IMG/VR virus record: IMGVR_UViG_3300021399_000099
Coordinates: 32,001-96,000 of that record
Reading direction: 5' to 3' (one strand)
Length of the DNA: 64,000 nt
Origin: a virus
Lineage: Duplodnaviria > Caudoviricetes
Position numbers and translations under genes: made by a program. This document shows, one piece after another, positions 27,262-36,511 of the stretch (position 1 is its first letter; each line of letters begins with the position of its first letter). Under the pieces are notes generated by a model. It did not search any database. It saw only the letters and a list, made by a program, of their open reading frames with translations, and had not been told where the DNA came from.

Positions 27262-27801
27262 AAACTTAGCTATCAAAACAAGGCGGTCATCCAGAACATA
27301 CCTGGGTGGCCGCTAAACTTATATCCCCAGGAAGATATGATAAGTACCACCAATAAGTACTCTTTTGAGGACCTTTTCTTTAGTCGTCTGCAGGTGAATA
27401 ATATGCAACCGGAATGAATACTGAATACTGGGGTGTCCTTAAGCCCGCTATAGATATACCGGAACTGACATCTTGGCATATACCCGTAGGGCTAGCCGGA
27501 CAATTATGCGGCAACTACAAATCGTAACTGCCTTGCCCCTTACCAGTTATAATCTGTAAGTGCCCCCCTTATCACATAGATATCCGGGGGCACGTAATAA
27601 ATCGAAATCACTCCCGGGCGAATTACACTTTCTTAGTTTCAGTACCGGTTCTCCTTACATATGGATAAAAAAGTGGGCGATAAAGTTATTAGCCGAAAGA
27701 TATCTTGCTGGAATTGTTTATTTTTATTATTAAAAAATTTTAAAAAAAAATTCACAAGGAACAGTTTTTTCTATTATTTTCCCATACCCTCACTGTCAAG
27801 A

Positions 27802-28062
27802 AATCCTTACTCCAAGCATAATCCGCTTAATCAAAGTTTTTTTCATACTTTTCGCCTATCCCGACTGTTCAAAAATTCTTACTCCTTACATAATCTTATC
27901 TAATCAAAACTTTTCCTCACTCCAACCATCGAAAAGAATCCTTACTCCTTACATATTTCCATCTGTCGAAAAGAATCCTTACTCCTTACATAAAACAATA
28001 GGGCAAAATTACATAGAGTTAAAATCCTGTCATCCCCACTGAGAATCCTTACTCCTCGCATA
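27802..28062 (+). repeat. iteron-like direct repeats AAT(C/T)CTTACTCCnnnCATA x5 in a 1.2-kb non-coding tract
   Basis: Copies at 27802, 27874, 27937, 27974 and 28044; 27-bp exact repeat 27929-55/27966-92; followed by pyrimidine-rich and AT-rich tracts. Confidence 0.8.
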
Positions 28063-28465
28063 GTCTTACTTCCCTTATGTTTCTATTTAGTTCTCTTACA
28101 TTTCTCCTCATTTCTCTTAGATTTCTCTTATTTTTTCTTTTTAAAAATTATCTCCTCTCTCACGCCTGATTTTTAAAAAAACTTAACAACTAAAATGTCA
28201 TTAAATCAGGTGGAACGAGGGCTTTAAGTACCATTTATCCTAACTGGTTGAATATGAATATCTTAACATAGATTACTTATAGTCAAAATTATTTAAGTGT
28301 AGATAAGTCGTTATAAATCACATTCTTGGGGTTTTCTTTAGATTTTCCCGGATACACAAATGAAGGTATGTATTGGGTAGAATATGTTATAATTGGGGTT
28401 ATATATTATTCCTTGTTTTTCTTCATTGTGAGACTATTTATACTAAGTAAAAACAAGTATCTATT

Positions 28466-29959
28466 ATGAGAAACATAAGAAAGTTTGAGACCTATGATGA
28501 GTTCTTGGCGGCGCAGGAAGCCGTTTCCGGGAATGGTGCGTACGTTGAGGATATTGTGCCCGGCTTCGCTTACGTAAAGGAGCTGCTTGATTCCGGGAAG
28601 GGGTGTGTGTTCTATAATAAGACTGCTGAACCCGTGCCCGATGATGACTATGTATTCGGTGACATCGTATATTACGTGGAGGGGCAGGAGAAACTCCAGA
28701 AATGCTACTGGTCGGCATTTACACCTGATATGGGTGAGAAGGTAGGGCTTATCGTGGTGCCTACAAACCTTGCACCTGATGGCAATGCACGTATGATGCC
28801 GTTCGGGTTTATATCACAAGAACAACAAGAGCAGTCGGGACCGATGATGGCATCTAACCCTAATGCAAAGAATGCAAATGGTGGTGACCTTGTCCTTGGG
28901 GCTAACGATGTCACATATGAGCCGATTAGTGCTGGTTGGACGGATGACCTCTTTGACGAAAACCAGACATTCTTCAACTATGTGCCGGGATTCCCGCTTA
29001 ATGGGGAAAATGATGGCGGCGGTGAAGTAGTTGCTGCAGCGGCATCTGTTCCTGGAAGTGAGGGTGAGGAGACAAACTATCAATATGCTGTGCCGATTAA
29101 TACCGCATTATACTCTTCTGACGTGCATAATGCATATGGAACCCCGAACCCATATACGGAAGGTGAGGCGTATCCATATAGTAGCGGGGATGCTGCGATT
29201 TCTCCGTTCCTTGGGGACTCACTGGATAGGCAGGACCCGGCTTACCTATACCCTACACTGGTTGGCGGGAGCATTGGACCAAGCCCTATTAAAAGCGGGA
29301 TTATCGGCGGCAACAACTATAATGCATTCTCTGACTTCAGCGGATATACCTGGACCTATGGGTGCCCTCCTACATATGAACCCATCATTTCGAATGACCC
29401 GGGCGGTGAAGTTTTAGCAGCAAGCAATCCTGTAGAACCTGTTCTTGGTGCGTATTTTCCTCACAACTATGCCAGGATGTTCTCAACGGATGGTACAGCA
29501 GAGGGTGACTGGTATCTTCCTTCAATGGGCGAAATGGGATTCGTTGCGGCAAGGTTCGATATGATTGTAAATACCATAATGATGTATCTATACGAAGAGG
29601 GGGCACTGAACAACCTTGATACCCTTTTAGTTAAGACTTTCAACGTCTTTACAAGCACTGCCGGTGTATATACCAATAACGGCGGAATAGCAAAATCCGG
29701 GGAATTACTTAAGTCATCCGTGCCAGGGGATTCAAATACTGATTTGGATGTATATCCTGTTTTATTCTTTAAACAAAAGATAGCTGGTGGCAAAGGAGAC
29801 GGGGTTGGGCTCGTTCCTATTCCTGCAAACCAACCGTCCTATATCATTCCTTTCGCTATGATTAAGGGCGGCGAAATCCAGCATACAATGGGTGACTATA
29901 CCGAAGAGAACGGACACCAGATGAAAGACATTGTTAATAACGTTGCCGAGACACTTTAA
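28466..29959 (+). CDS. probable virion/surface protein with WYLPS..E (DUF1566/Lcl-like) motif
   Basis: GDWYLPSMGEMG; G/P/N-rich; N-terminal MRNIRKFETY; TATTTATA upstream. Confidence 0.55.
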   Translation: MRNIRKFETYDEFLAAQEAVSGNGAYVEDIVPGFAYVKELLDSGKGCVFYNKTAEPVPDDDYVFGDIVYYVEGQEKLQKCYWSAFTPDMGEKVGLIVVPTNLAPDGNARMMPFGFISQEQQEQSGPMMASNPNAKNANGGDLVLGANDVTYEPISAGWTDDLFDENQTFFNYVPGFPLNGENDGGGEVVAAAASVPGSEGEETNYQYAVPINTALYSSDVHNAYGTPNPYTEGEAYPYSSGDAAISPFLGDSLDRQDPAYLYPTLVGGSIGPSPIKSGIIGGNNYNAFSDFSGYTWTYGCPPTYEPIISNDPGGEVLAASNPVEPVLGAYFPHNYARMFSTDGTAEGDWYLPSMGEMGFVAARFDMIVNTIMMYLYEEGALNNLDTLLVKTFNVFTSTAGVYTNNGGIAKSGELLKSSVPGDSNTDLDVYPVLFFKQKIAGGKGDGVGLVPIPANQPSYIIPFAMIKGGEIQHTMGDYTEENGHQMKDIVNNVAETL

Positions 29960-30075
29960 TAAACTGATACTACATTAAAACAAATAAGCCCGAGGAACTT
30001 ATAATCCACGGGTTTTATTTTTGTCTCATAATCATAATATTTATATACAGAAAAAATTATAAACTAAAAATTATT

Positions 30076-30597
30076 ATGCTTAAAACTTCTCTTCTGTTTG
30101 TTGTTGCCGGCGTCATTCTCCTCTTTGTATTCGTGTCTGCCGGAATTATTCGCTTCGGGCTCCTGGACTCATATTCATCGTATTCCCCTAAGTGGGCCAG
30201 GGCTGTACCTATGAACAACACCAGTCTGTGGGATACGATAACATTTATGGCTGGAACGTTTATGCTGCCGGCAATCTTTGAACTTGCTGTCGGTTCCCCC
30301 TGGATGTTCCTGGGCCTCCTTGCACCCATATATATGATGATAACGGCACTTAAACCGAACTGGAACACCTCCAGGAACGCATTCCTTACACATTCGTTCT
30401 TTACGTTGATTGGAACCCTGGGAACCATTATCTGGGCAATATTCATAATGCACGCGGTCAAGGTAGTAGCAGTTACTGGCGTCTTCTATATGACCATCGC
30501 ACTGCTCACCGGAACATTGAAAAGCTCGGCAGTATTCTGGGCGGAACTCTGGATGTTCATTACAACTTACCTTTCCATAATACTCTTATTGATATAA
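30076..30597 (+). CDS. multi-pass membrane protein
   Basis: About 6 hydrophobic segments. Confidence 0.8.
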   Translation: MLKTSLLFVVAGVILLFVFVSAGIIRFGLLDSYSSYSPKWARAVPMNNTSLWDTITFMAGTFMLPAIFELAVGSPWMFLGLLAPIYMMITALKPNWNTSRNAFLTHSFFTLIGTLGTIIWAIFIMHAVKVVAVTGVFYMTIALLTGTLKSSAVFWAELWMFITTYLSIILLLI

Positions 30598-30663
30598 AAA
30601 CGGGGCACAACCAAAAACGTCAATATATTTTTCACCCCCTTAAAACTATTTATGAAGTAACAA

Positions 30664-30696
30664 AAATGCACACGGCTTTCTGGGTCGTGTGCATTT
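30664..30696. terminator. bidirectional terminator at convergence of the two arms
   Basis: AAATGCACACGGC...GTCGTGTGCATTT. Confidence 0.65.
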
Positions 30697-30710
30697 CATT
30701 AATCCGCTCT

Positions 30711-31241
30711 TTAAGCCACAATAGAAAAGTTCTCCTCAATCACAAACTTTAGAACGATATCAACACTGTGCTCAAAATCGTCAGGTGCATCATCCCCGAA
30801 GACCTCTTTCCTCGTATCATCGTCCAAGATTGATATTGACGCGTCGAATCCTCCGGTTGATGTCGTATAATAAAGTTTATCGTCGGTAGGATAATCTTCA
30901 AGTTTGTCCTTGTCGAGCTCTTTTTCCTGGTATTCTGCCGCTTCATAGACGAGTTCCTCGAGCATTTTTCTGGCGTGTTTCCTAATGTCCTCTACTTCTG
31001 GGACATAGGTTGATAGTTCCGGAAACTCACGGTTAATATGTACGGTCCGCCCGAGTTCTTTCAATTCCTCAATCTCACTTTTTCCGGCAGACCATTCCCA
31101 ACCAAGGGCCTCCATTGCGATGTCTATCTTTCCAAAATCAAACCCATCAAGGATGTCGTGGATACGATTCCACATCTGCTTTACGCCATCAGCGGTTGCG
31201 ATGTACTCCTTAAGCAATTTCATCAGTTTGGTCCTCGGCAA
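30711..31241 (-). CDS. hypothetical protein
   Basis: 176-aa ORF; start may be 31223. Confidence 0.75.
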   Translation of the reverse strand: MPRTKLMKLLKEYIATADGVKQMWNRIHDILDGFDFGKIDIAMEALGWEWSAGKSEIEELKELGRTVHINREFPELSTYVPEVEDIRKHARKMLEELVYEAAEYQEKELDKDKLEDYPTDDKLYYTTSTGGFDASISILDDDTRKEVFGDDAPDDFEHSVDIVLKFVIEENFSIVA

Positions 31242-31548
31242 AATATTCAGTGATTAGTCCGTTAATCACCTTAAGTTCAATTTCAAGGTCCCTGCGTTCA
31301 AGTGCGAGGTTGATACGCTTCCTTACCCAAGCCTCGGTGTCAAGGTTCTCACCAACGACAAGTGCCTGGGTCGAACGGACTGAAAGGTCTTCCATAGATA
31401 CAATCTCGTTGTCAATGTTACGCATGCGTTTCTCAATGTTCCTCTTCTCATCCTCGAAGGTCTCCTGCGTTGCATCTGCAAGATTCTTGGCACGCTTCTG
31501 AAGGACAGCGTCGCCGGTAGTAGTCAAAATGCTTTCAAATTTTCCCAT
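31210..31548 (-). CDS. coiled-coil hypothetical protein
   Basis: ORF. Confidence 0.8.
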   Translation of the reverse strand: MGKFESILTTTGDAVLQKRAKNLADATQETFEDEKRNIEKRMRNIDNEIVSMEDLSVRSTQALVVGENLDTEAWVRKRINLALERRDLEIELKVINGLITEYFAEDQTDEIA

Positions 31549-31584
31549 AATGTGTTGTGTATTAAATGCTTATAAACGTTATTT

Positions 31585-31872
31585 TTATCTGTGCTTTATA
31601 TAATATTTTTCTTTATCCCAAACGAATTTAACTTCATTGTGTTCATTCCTTATCTGTTCAACCACTTCTTTGGCGATAGTGTCGATAAGTTCTTTATTAA
31701 CAACGGTACCATTGTCATCACTCCCACGAATTGACCAACAAGATGAATCATTGTCGTCACAGTCGCGAATTGCCCAAGGGGATGATTCATTCGTTGTCAA
31801 TAATCTCAGCTTTTCCGGCTGACCACCATTCCACAGGTTATAAGGACCATAATCCATACTGGTTTCACCCAT
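31585..31872 (-). CDS. hypothetical protein with internal WxIRxxDD repeat
   Basis: ORF. Confidence 0.65.
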   Translation of the reverse strand: MGETSMDYGPYNLWNGGQPEKLRLLTTNESSPWAIRDCDDNDSSCWSIRGSDDNGTVVNKELIDTIAKEVVEQIRNEHNEVKFVWDKEKYYIKHR

Positions 31873-31885
31873 ATTCTCTTCCTCC

Positions 31886-32323
31886 TTAACGATATTTTAA
31901 AATATATTTATAGTGGGCTGGCAATACATGATGATAGTTGTCGGGCAATACATAGCGATAGTTGGCGGGCTCCTCTACGTCGTTCGTCGAACATTCATCA
32001 TCCCATTCCTCACCGTCGTAGTCTCCAAGTTCATTAATGACTTCATCGCGTTCTTCATCGCAAGCGACATCTGCTTTTACGTCTTGTTCCTCCAATAACC
32101 TTAGTGCGTATTCCAGCCGGTCCAGCCCCGCCCCGTCAAGTTCGAACCTAAGTGTAAAAATGTTTCTTGGTATCGGGTGAAAATTGTAAATACCCGCATC
32201 ACCTACGTCGTTTCCAATAGGACCTATAGTACCTAAAGGATGATGCCAAGGCTCTCCCTCCATCGGTTCTGCTTCACATTCAATGTCTGTTACTCCGTGT
32301 CTTTGCAAAAGTTCATAATCCAT
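31886..32323 (-). CDS. acidic hypothetical protein
   Basis: ORF with C-terminal YVLP/HVLP repeat. Confidence 0.7.
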   Translation of the reverse strand: MDYELLQRHGVTDIECEAEPMEGEPWHHPLGTIGPIGNDVGDAGIYNFHPIPRNIFTLRFELDGAGLDRLEYALRLLEEQDVKADVACDEERDEVINELGDYDGEEWDDECSTNDVEEPANYRYVLPDNYHHVLPAHYKYILKYR

Positions 32324-32394
32324 TCTTTTAAGTTAAACTTTATCTCTTTATTTTTCCTATACCTAAAGTACAAAAATTAAACGGCAAAACAAAA

Positions 32395-33027
32395 TTATCC
32401 TTTTCTTTCCGGGTGCATTTGTGCCATATATTCAAAGACCAGGCATACCTCATAATCGCTGAGGGAGAATTTCTTCTTAAGGTCTTTCTCGTGGATATTC
32501 CTGAGGAAGTCAGCCAGACCCATAAGATAGCCCCTACGTTCCGGACTGATAATCTCCGGACTGAGACCGAATTTTTGTGTGCCATCTATATCTATACCGG
32601 CATAATGTGTTTCCTCATAATGTGTTTCTTTGTCCTCCTTTTCAGGCATAGTATTTGCGTAATTGGGAAAACCATATGAGTAGGTTTCCACCTTGTATTC
32701 CGGCTTGCTCTTTTCCTCCTTGCAATCCCCGAGACGTATATCCCCAATTCCGCATTCGTACTTTTCCATACACGTTTTATTGGTGATAATCTTATAGAGA
32801 TACTCACTGTCCCAGCCAACGCCGTAACAAGCATCAATTTCCCTGTAAGCATCGTCAAAGTCGGTAATCGCCTTTGTAATGGAATCAACGGTCCATTCCT
32901 CAGAAGATAACTTTCCCAGGACCGGAGATATCTCTTCGTCAAGCATATACCCGTCACAGTGATGATAGAGGAACCGCTCATAGCCGCTTTCCTCGTTGAT
33001 AATCCAAACTGTTGCTCTTGTACTCAT
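32395..33027 (-). CDS. phage hypothetical protein (MSTRA...YHHCDGY)
   Basis: ORF. Confidence 0.8.
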   Translation of the reverse strand: MSTRATVWIINEESGYERFLYHHCDGYMLDEEISPVLGKLSSEEWTVDSITKAITDFDDAYREIDACYGVGWDSEYLYKIITNKTCMEKYECGIGDIRLGDCKEEKSKPEYKVETYSYGFPNYANTMPEKEDKETHYEETHYAGIDIDGTQKFGLSPEIISPERRGYLMGLADFLRNIHEKDLKKKFSLSDYEVCLVFEYMAQMHPERKG

Positions 33028-33158
33028 ATCTTATTTCATTTATTGTTCAATACTATAATACAAAAATTACGCGAAAAAACAAAACCGGGACACCTATGTG
33101 TTGATTTTTTTATCATTTAAGATGATATTTATCATAGGTAATTGTATATACTTAAGAA

Positions 33159-34406
33159 ATGGCAGAACAATTTAACGAAAAAGAAGGCTTGTTAAAAGCG
33201 ATAAAGACCGCATTGAAGAGTGACAACTTCATTATGGCGGTATTCAATATGTTATTCGGCGACAAGAATGGTGCCAGAGAGGTGGAATTCGAATTAAGGA
33301 AAGCCGGACAGGAGAATACTTTGAACGAAATGGTGGCTGTACATCGTTTCTTTAAGTCTAACCTTAACGAATCAAAACTCGGTAAAGCCAAGGATATCTT
33401 TAAAGCTGGAAAACTTATGAAGAAGATAGGAAGTCTTAAAGGTAAGTCGGTTGATTTTTATAGGGAAGTGTTGATTAGAACCTTGAAAAAACCAGGACAG
33501 TTAGCCGCCCTAATGTATATGATAAAGGCGGTCGTCACTCTCGGTTATCCCATTGACGACGTGATTGCGATGCCGGTAGCCATTAAGTTCTTCATTGGCC
33601 TCCTGGAAACTGCTGCAGAGGTATCAGGTGAGGAACAGACGGAAGAACAACCGAGCATCAACGAACAGATTATCACGAATAAACTTCGCCGCAGTCTTAA
33701 ACACGCTTCACACCGAGGCCAGATTAATGAAGAAATTGAAGATAAGTACGGCGGTAGAATGCCCGTAAATGTCTATACGGGGCGTTTTCAGCCATTCCAT
33801 CTCGGTCACCTATCCAACCTTGAAGAAGCAGCTAAAAGAGGCCTGAGGACCGTTATTTGCCCCGTTATGGCTGGAAAAACCGCTAAGTCAATAGCCGCAC
33901 ACCCGTTTAATGGGAAACTTGAAGAAGAAATGTTCAGCAAACTTAAAGCCACGTACGGCGACCTTATTGCTGACATCATACCAATCAGTAGGCCATCGCT
34001 TGATACTTGGGTTGAACCGATAAGGGAACGCGGGATGGAACCTATAACCTGGACAACCGGAATGGACAGAAAGCCGTCCTATGAGGCAATGATTAACAGA
34101 TACGGACAAGATTTCAACCTTGTAGATAATTTTGAAGTTATCGGTCTTGAAAAGGATATGGATGCTGAAGGCGGCTCGGCTGAAGATACCGGAAAGATAT
34201 CTGGTACCGCAATTAGGCAGTGTCTTATCGACGGAAACATAGAAGGATATAAGGCCCAGATGCCACAATGCCTATGGAATATGTTCGATGAATTTAGACA
34301 AGCTCTTATGCCAGCCCAGCAGACGATAAGTGAAAGCGATGCATATTTTGAATACAGAAAACGCCTGGACGAAGCAATCGAACGGCTTGTCAAAGGAGAG
34401 AAATAA
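33159..34406 (+). CDS. HIGH-superfamily (cytidyltransferase/NMNAT-like) nucleotidyltransferase with long N-terminal extension
   Basis: YTGRFQPFHLGH, GMDR, KISGTAIRQ; several (L/I)NE motifs. Confidence 0.8.
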   Translation: MAEQFNEKEGLLKAIKTALKSDNFIMAVFNMLFGDKNGAREVEFELRKAGQENTLNEMVAVHRFFKSNLNESKLGKAKDIFKAGKLMKKIGSLKGKSVDFYREVLIRTLKKPGQLAALMYMIKAVVTLGYPIDDVIAMPVAIKFFIGLLETAAEVSGEEQTEEQPSINEQIITNKLRRSLKHASHRGQINEEIEDKYGGRMPVNVYTGRFQPFHLGHLSNLEEAAKRGLRTVICPVMAGKTAKSIAAHPFNGKLEEEMFSKLKATYGDLIADIIPISRPSLDTWVEPIRERGMEPITWTTGMDRKPSYEAMINRYGQDFNLVDNFEVIGLEKDMDAEGGSAEDTGKISGTAIRQCLIDGNIEGYKAQMPQCLWNMFDEFRQALMPAQQTISESDAYFEYRKRLDEAIERLVKGEK

Positions 34407-34411
34407 AAAAA

Positions 34412-34445
34412 AAAACGGACTTACAATAATGTAGGTCCGTTTTTC
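34412..34445. terminator. bidirectional terminator
   Basis: AAACGGACTTACA...TGTAGGTCCGTTTTT. Confidence 0.7.
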
Positions 34446-34460
34446 TATGTAGTCAATGTT

Positions 34461-34628
34461 TTACTCGGCCACAACTTGAAGTGAATCAGCAGGTGCATCA
34501 ACTGAAGTGGAATCAACAGCCTCTACTACCTCCTCTTCAACAACAGCGTTCTTTTTCTGAGAGTTTCCACAAGATGTGGCAAAAATCATAGCAAGAACGA
34601 ATGCAATCCCATAAAGAATCTTCTTCAT
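34461..34628 (-). CDS. small lipoprotein
   Basis: MKKILYGIAFVLAMIFATS-C lipobox and acidic tail. Confidence 0.75.
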   Translation of the reverse strand: MKKILYGIAFVLAMIFATSCGNSQKKNAVVEEEVVEAVDSTSVDAPADSLQVVAE

Positions 34629-34694
34629 CGCTTTGTTGTTTTTTATCAATTATAGGCATTACGCCCGAATATATAAATAGTATCTTTCCTGGAA

Positions 34695-36323
34695 TTACTT
34701 CACAAAAGCGAAGATTTCCTGGGAAAGTGCCTTCTGTACCATTTCCTCCATAGTCAGAGGCGTACCGTCCGGCTTGGTCTGCTCTTCACCGCCAAGCAGA
34801 AGTGTGACGATAGAACCGTCAAATCCGCTGAACACGTAGTTGCCACCCTGGTCCATTGTTGCAGGAACATCGTGACCGGCACCATCACGGGATGCACAAT
34901 ACCACCAGATGAAGTTGAAGTTATCAACAAATTCATCACTGAATACCGTGCGGAGGAGTGCCCTTGCCGCTTCCTGGTTTGTAGCCTCACGCTCGCTGCG
35001 ACGATTGTAGTAACCGCTAGGATTGAACTGCATATCAGAAACTACGAGCAGGGTCTGAGGGAACTCACTCTCCGGAATTGAAGGGTGCTTTTTCCTTTCA
35101 TCCACAAGGAGTTCCACAAGAGACATGAAGTTGGTACCACCCCAAGCCGTAGTTGCATTGCGGATTGCCTGCCACTTCTCGGAGAACGTACCGGAAAGCT
35201 TCATAACACGCGAAGTGTTATCAAACATGGCAACAGTGTTGTGGAAGTAGCCCTCGTTCAACTCCGAGAAGTAAATACCGAGGGAGACGCACACATCATA
35301 AGAAGAGAGCCCATTGACACCAGAGACACCACAAGCCATCGAGCCAGAGGTATCGAGTGCGCAAAGCACGTTACCCTTAAGACCGCCCTGGTCCTTCTTT
35401 GCGAGCTCAATGAGGCCATCAAACTGCTTGTTGATGGTGTAGATTGCCGCAGCCCTTGAAGGTGCTGTGTTCATTGAGAGATTACGACCCATAGCATCAA
35501 GCTTCATACCGAGCTCATAAACATAGCCGGTGAATTTGACGGTAGGCTGGCTCATCACCCACTTGAGGTAATCTTCGGTAAGTCCGTGATTATCAAGGAA
35601 CTTGCCAGAGATAAGGTGGGTAAGGGCACGACCGGGAATGGTCTTCCAGTCAATGTCGGCATAAGACCTGGAGCAGATAAGCTTCTGGAAATCGTGGGCT
35701 GTACCCGAAGCCTTCATCTTGCGGTATTCCTTAGCACTGAGACCGAGGAAAGAAGCGAAAGCCTTAGCAAGTACGTTAAGAGTCTTAGCCCGGTCAGTCT
35801 TGCACTTTTCAGCCGACTTAATTGCGGGCATGTACTTGCGGATAAGGTCACACTGGGTGGCATCGTCGAGTCCGGCAGCCATAATGCTGAAGATGAAGCC
35901 CTTATCAATCTTGTTCTGGTTCTCCATATCAAGGAGCATAAGGGTCCAAAGGTCCTTCCAAGAGCCCACAACCGGGAGGAGCCAAGCATTACGCTTAAAT
36001 GCCTCCGGCTGATTGTATGCAACCCAAAGAATACGCTTGAACGCCTCGTCCCTAAGACCAGCACCCTTCTGTACGGCCTCGGTCTTTTCGTTCTCACTAA
36101 CCTTTACCTTTCTGGTTACAAGGCGGAGGTAGAAGGGGAAACGGATAGCTGATTCGGGGTCTTCACGCCAAAGCTTTGCCTGTTCGGCGAATACAGTTTC
36201 AATCGGCCTACCAATGGCAGTACCGGCGTGAGAAAACTGGTCAATTATAGCCTTTCCGGCAGTTGCAAAGGAAACAGCTCCGTTCTCAGTGAGAGTAATG
36301 TTCTTGTCGTAAATTGTTGTCAT
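34695..36323 (-). CDS. DUF2828-family protein (helical domain plus vWA, TROVE/Ro60-like architecture)
   Basis: TENGA N-terminus, GSWKDL, MIDAS DTSGSM, WGGTNF, VSDMQF, SGFD. Confidence 0.8.
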   Translation of the reverse strand: MTTIYDKNITLTENGAVSFATAGKAIIDQFSHAGTAIGRPIETVFAEQAKLWREDPESAIRFPFYLRLVTRKVKVSENEKTEAVQKGAGLRDEAFKRILWVAYNQPEAFKRNAWLLPVVGSWKDLWTLMLLDMENQNKIDKGFIFSIMAAGLDDATQCDLIRKYMPAIKSAEKCKTDRAKTLNVLAKAFASFLGLSAKEYRKMKASGTAHDFQKLICSRSYADIDWKTIPGRALTHLISGKFLDNHGLTEDYLKWVMSQPTVKFTGYVYELGMKLDAMGRNLSMNTAPSRAAAIYTINKQFDGLIELAKKDQGGLKGNVLCALDTSGSMACGVSGVNGLSSYDVCVSLGIYFSELNEGYFHNTVAMFDNTSRVMKLSGTFSEKWQAIRNATTAWGGTNFMSLVELLVDERKKHPSIPESEFPQTLLVVSDMQFNPSGYYNRRSEREATNQEAARALLRTVFSDEFVDNFNFIWWYCASRDGAGHDVPATMDQGGNYVFSGFDGSIVTLLLGGEEQTKPDGTPLTMEEMVQKALSQEIFAFVK

Positions 36324-36511
36324 AGTGATTGTGTTTTTTAAGTTAAACTTCGTGTTACATACATTATATTACAAAAACCGTGCCAAACACAAGGCTTTCG
36401 CTATTAACAATATTAAAATACAGACTTTTTTTCGAAAAACCAACTCTTATCAATATTTTTCATAAAAAAACCACATTAAAAGACTATTTATATGAAAAGA
36501 ATTCTTTTATT

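Larger units (their letters stand above)
3137..27373 (+). repeat. Nine copies of 18-bp quasi-palindrome GG(T/G)AC(G/T)C-NN-TTGAGTACC followed by TTTT
   Basis: Starts at 3137, 11082, 17205, 18081, 19999, 22086, 24167, 26928 and 27356 (variant); all intergenic and in the same orientation. Confidence 0.85.
22141..36492. promoter_or_regulatory. Second promoter class TATTTAT(A), probably late
   Basis: + strand at 22141, 24073, 24564, 26974, 28435, 30038, 30647, 33126, 36485; - strand at 34672-34679. Mostly 20-40 nt upstream of start codons of genes that lack the sigma54 motif. Confidence 0.55.
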
